Source of the DNA: a virus
Taxonomy: Duplodnaviria; Caudoviricetes
IMG/VR virus record: IMGVR_UViG_3300009873_000004
Coordinates: 19,827 to 83,826 of that record
Length of the DNA: 64,000 bases
Direction: 5' to 3' (one strand)
Position numbers and translations under genes: made by a program. A model generated the notes under the pieces. It had not been told where the DNA came from. It worked only from the letters and a program-made list of their open reading frames with translations, and did not search any database. This document shows, piece after piece, positions 61,209-64,000 of the stretch (position 1 is its first letter; every line of letters begins with the position of its first letter).

Positions 61209-61914
61209 CGGCACGGTGATCAGCCCCAAATTAGTCGCCGCCTATGAGAAGCGCCAGGCGATCATCGAGCGCGAGCATGCCAAGATCGCCGACGCCAGTA
61301 GCGAATACTGGTGGGCGATGTACGAGATGTATCGCGACGAACTCTGGCGAGCGCGGTTCGAGACCCAGGAAGATTGGCTGGGCGACTGGTCGGCTTCGCC
61401 GTCCGGGCGCTCCAAGAGTACGTTCTACAACGTCAAGGACGGGATCGAGGCCGGGTTCAAGGTCGGCCTGAGCGAGGCGGAGGTGAGGGGGCAGTTGCTC
61501 AAGGGGCGCAAGGTTGCCACCGAGGGCGACTTCAAGCAGCTTTTCACCCGCGAGAAGGGCGGGAAGCTCGGCGAACTGCGCCCGGAAGTGGTCGAGCGGA
61601 TCGAAGCGGGAGGCGAGACCCCCCGCCAGTACCTCTTGCGGCTGGCCGAACTGCCGGATGGCGAAGCCCGAGGCGCAGTGCAGGCCCTGACGCGCACGGA
61701 GCAGATCTTCGTCCATGAAAAGGACGTGGTCGTGACCGACACCATGATCGCCTTCAACGTCCAGCACGAGTCGGAGAAGGGCGGGATTCTCTACAAGGGC
61801 ACGGTCACGCTCAAGATCAGCGAGATCACCAAGCCGCCCCGGCGCAAGAAGGCCAATGAGATCCCGCCCGTCTTGCAGGCCTGGCTGATCAGGAAGTTCG
61901 GGCTCAAGCCGTGA
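61162..61914 (+). CDS. Hypothetical protein
   Basis: High GC3; start uncertain. Confidence 0.6.
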   Translation: MTTSPSSSTKQLQPHNGTVISPKLVAAYEKRQAIIEREHAKIADASSEYWWAMYEMYRDELWRARFETQEDWLGDWSASPSGRSKSTFYNVKDGIEAGFKVGLSEAEVRGQLLKGRKVATEGDFKQLFTREKGGKLGELRPEVVERIEAGGETPRQYLLRLAELPDGEARGAVQALTRTEQIFVHEKDVVVTDTMIAFNVQHESEKGGILYKGTVTLKISEITKPPRRKKANEIPPVLQAWLIRKFGLKP

Positions 61915-62276
61915 ACCGCAGAGACGCCTTACATCATCTGATCGACGACTTCCTGGCCGAGAAGGTGCCCAGCGCAGGCGGGGGCTGGGCACCCGTCGAT
62001 CCCGACCAGGTAAGCCAACTGAACGACATTGTCCATCGCCTGGTGATGCTCAAGTACGGAGCCGACTCGGACGGCGACTATCCGATCGAGTGGGAGATCG
62101 TCGACCGGACGCGCTTTGAGCGCCTGCCTTACAATCTGGTGCCCTACGATCACGCCCCGGACGCCGACCTGGATTACATCTGGCAGGTGCTGCACGATAA
62201 CCTGTCGATTGCGCTACGCGGGCTTCAGGTCTTCATGGACCTGGAGGCGTTCCACGCTCGAAAGGCGACTCGATGA
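61911..62276 (+). CDS. Hypothetical protein
   Basis: GTGA-coupled. Confidence 0.55.
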   Translation: MNRRDALHHLIDDFLAEKVPSAGGGWAPVDPDQVSQLNDIVHRLVMLKYGADSDGDYPIEWEIVDRTRFERLPYNLVPYDHAPDADLDYIWQVLHDNLSIALRGLQVFMDLEAFHARKATR

Positions 62277-62605
62277 TCAAAACCGAGCAGGTGGTCCAGG
62301 CGCGCAAGCGCTATCTCCGCAAGGGCCAGTCCGTGCAGGCGCAGGTCTGCACGGACCTGCTCGTTTCCGGGCTCTCCCGCCAACTGGCAAAGACCTACCA
62401 GGTGGTGCGGAAGTGCCCCGGCATCCCCACCAAGGACGTGGCCCACAAGCTCGGCCTGGCCCAGAACCACACCGGCAATCTGCTGGCGGGGCTGGAAGCC
62501 ATGGGCCTGATCGCTTCGGGCCACATCCGGGGCAAGCCGTCCTACTCGATCTGGTGGGACGACGCTTACAGCTTTCTGGGAAAGGAGGCGGCGTACACGG
62601 CATGA
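62273..62605 (+). CDS. MarR-like winged-helix protein
   Basis: PGIPTKDVAHKLGLAQNHTGNLLAGLEAMGLI. Confidence 0.65.
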   Translation: MIKTEQVVQARKRYLRKGQSVQAQVCTDLLVSGLSRQLAKTYQVVRKCPGIPTKDVAHKLGLAQNHTGNLLAGLEAMGLIASGHIRGKPSYSIWWDDAYSFLGKEAAYTA

Positions 62606-62901
62606 ACGTCTACACCAACGGCAACGACTTCATGGTCGCCGAGAACATCGAGCAGGCCGTCCTGGCCTGGGAAGCCTTTACCGGCGAGTCGATCCAGGAC
62701 TACGACCTGGAGGCCTGGCACATCGTCAATCCCAACCAGGTCCAGACGATTGCCTTTGAATTTGATCCCACCGTATCCGCCAAGATTCCGCCCGGCGTGG
62801 AACTGGTGGTGGTCGACGAGTGGACCCGCAAGGCCACCGCCACCTTCCGCCAGTGGGCGCAGTCCAATGGTCCCGGCTTTCTGTGCAGTCTGGATTACTA
62901 A
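62602..62901 (+). CDS. Hypothetical protein
   Basis: GGAGG SD. Confidence 0.55.
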   Translation: MNVYTNGNDFMVAENIEQAVLAWEAFTGESIQDYDLEAWHIVNPNQVQTIAFEFDPTVSAKIPPGVELVVVDEWTRKATATFRQWAQSNGPGFLCSLDY

Positions 62902-62921
62902 CCCAACGAAAAGAGGAGCAG

Positions 62922-63233
62922 ATGGAAGTCGAGCACACCGTCACCCGTTTTGTCATTTCCGTGGAAGAACTGGCCGCCCTGAGAACCCAGCCCGAGGCGC
63001 TCAAGAGCCTGGTGCAGGGCGCGGTCGGCCAGATCAACGGCGGCAGGCAGGTGGTCGTCGACCACAAGCCGATGCCCGCCGAGCGGCTCCTGCCGTCCGC
63101 TTCCGGGCTGACCTACTCCAACTGCAAGCGCTGCGGCCAGGAGATCTGCGATCGCCGCATGAAGGTCCACCAGCGCAGCCAGACCTGCAAGCGCGGCCGG
63201 GCCAAGTACCAGGCCTTCCTGGAGGGACGATGA
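62922..63233 (+). CDS. Protein with C-terminal C2HC zinc finger
   Basis: CKRCG...H....C; GAGGAG SD. Confidence 0.6.
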   Translation: MEVEHTVTRFVISVEELAALRTQPEALKSLVQGAVGQINGGRQVVVDHKPMPAERLLPSASGLTYSNCKRCGQEICDRRMKVHQRSQTCKRGRAKYQAFLEGR

Positions 63234-63517
63234 ACGACGAACAGAGAGCCCGCTATGAAAGAGCGGCCCACGCCATGCAGAGCGGCGTGGCGATGATGAT
63301 GAACTACGATCCCGGCCCGACCAACCCCAAGCACCTGCGGGTAGGGGTCAATTCGGCGATGGTCGAGCATTCCGCCTTGGGGCACCTACTGATCGAGAAG
63401 GGGCTGATCACTGAAGACGAGTACGTCGAGGCGATCATCATCTTCATGGAGCGTGAAGTGAAGACTTACGAGCGTCTTCTGAAGGAGATCCTGGGAACGG
63501 AGGTTCACCTGCGATGA
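63230..63517 (+). CDS. Hypothetical protein
   Basis: GGAGG SD. Confidence 0.6.
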   Translation: MNDEQRARYERAAHAMQSGVAMMMNYDPGPTNPKHLRVGVNSAMVEHSALGHLLIEKGLITEDEYVEAIIIFMEREVKTYERLLKEILGTEVHLR

Positions 63518-63969
63518 AAGGGGTCTACCTGGTTCATGAGGACCACTACAACGGCGATCCAACCATGATCCCGACGTCGGGTTCTGGCTTTGAAGAACTG
63601 AAGGTCGGCCAGATCATCTTTCACGAGAACATGGTCGTGCCCAAGGAGGTGCTGGAGATCGTCCATCCCGCTCTGGGCAGCGAGTGGATCAAGTTTGTCT
63701 ACGTTAGGGACCGCTTGCCACCCGTTGGTCATCACACTTACCAAGGTCATGGCGGCTGGTTTTCGGCGGGAAGCCATCCCGACTGGGGACCTGACCCAGT
63801 CGTTCTGATCGAATGGATCATCACTGACGATGGACTGGAACGCTTCAATGCCAACAATCCGTACCACCTGGACCTGATCCGCTTTGACATTAGCCACGGC
63901 GATCCGATCGTCGTCGAACACGAAGGCGGATGCACGGTTCAGCCTACCCGGAGGCCGCCGCATGGCTGA
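63514..63969 (+). CDS. Hypothetical protein
   Basis: GGAGG SD. Confidence 0.55.
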   Translation: MKGVYLVHEDHYNGDPTMIPTSGSGFEELKVGQIIFHENMVVPKEVLEIVHPALGSEWIKFVYVRDRLPPVGHHTYQGHGGWFSAGSHPDWGPDPVVLIEWIITDDGLERFNANNPYHLDLIRFDISHGDPIVVEHEGGCTVQPTRRPPHG

Positions 63970-64000
63970 CTACACCCCCCAGATCAACCGCATTTACTGG
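63962..64000 (+). CDS. Partial CDS running off the right edge
   Basis: GGAGG SD, ATG GCT GAC TAC... Confidence 0.45.
   Translation, partial: MADYTPQINRIYW

Noticed and set aside
1-64000. Integrase, reverse transcriptase/DGR, tRNA or rRNA genes, lysis genes, stop-codon reassignment
   Set aside because: No diagnostic motifs found, and genes close normally with TAA, TAG and TGA; such genes may lie outside the window

Overview
A 64-kb segment of a large, GC-rich tailed-phage (Caudoviricetes) genome with two arms diverging from a repeat-rich, almost ORF-free control region at about 27.3-29.1 kb. The left arm (minus strand) is the packaging and head module: XRE/zinc-finger regulator, RusA, probable small terminase, intein-containing large terminase, a small insert with its own promoter, and a portal-MuF fusion. 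It continues with a 10.5-kb block of 7 glycosyltransferases, 2 SAM methyltransferases and a B12-radical SAM enzyme (with an inserted HNH homing endonuclease), then prohead protease/scaffold, decoration protein, major capsid protein and fibre-like structural proteins running off the left edge. The right arm (plus strand) is an early region of about 70 small genes. Its first 6 kb is an array of terminator-delimited cassettes with a conserved junction motif, and it includes a T7 Ocr-like DNA mimic fused to a PHD-type zinc finger. It is followed by DNA-metabolism genes: adenine methyltransferase, HTH_36 initiator-like protein with adjacent palindromic repeats, SLOG, MazG-like, RNase HI, DnaB-like helicase and a putative annealing protein. 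A 14-bp palindrome (TTCCAAATTTGGAA) recurs 8 times across both arms. I found no integrase, tRNA, rRNA, CRISPR array or reverse transcriptase. All assignments come from reading motifs by eye; no database searches were run, and counts are hand counts. The host is unknown, with one weak clue pointing to Chloroflexota.
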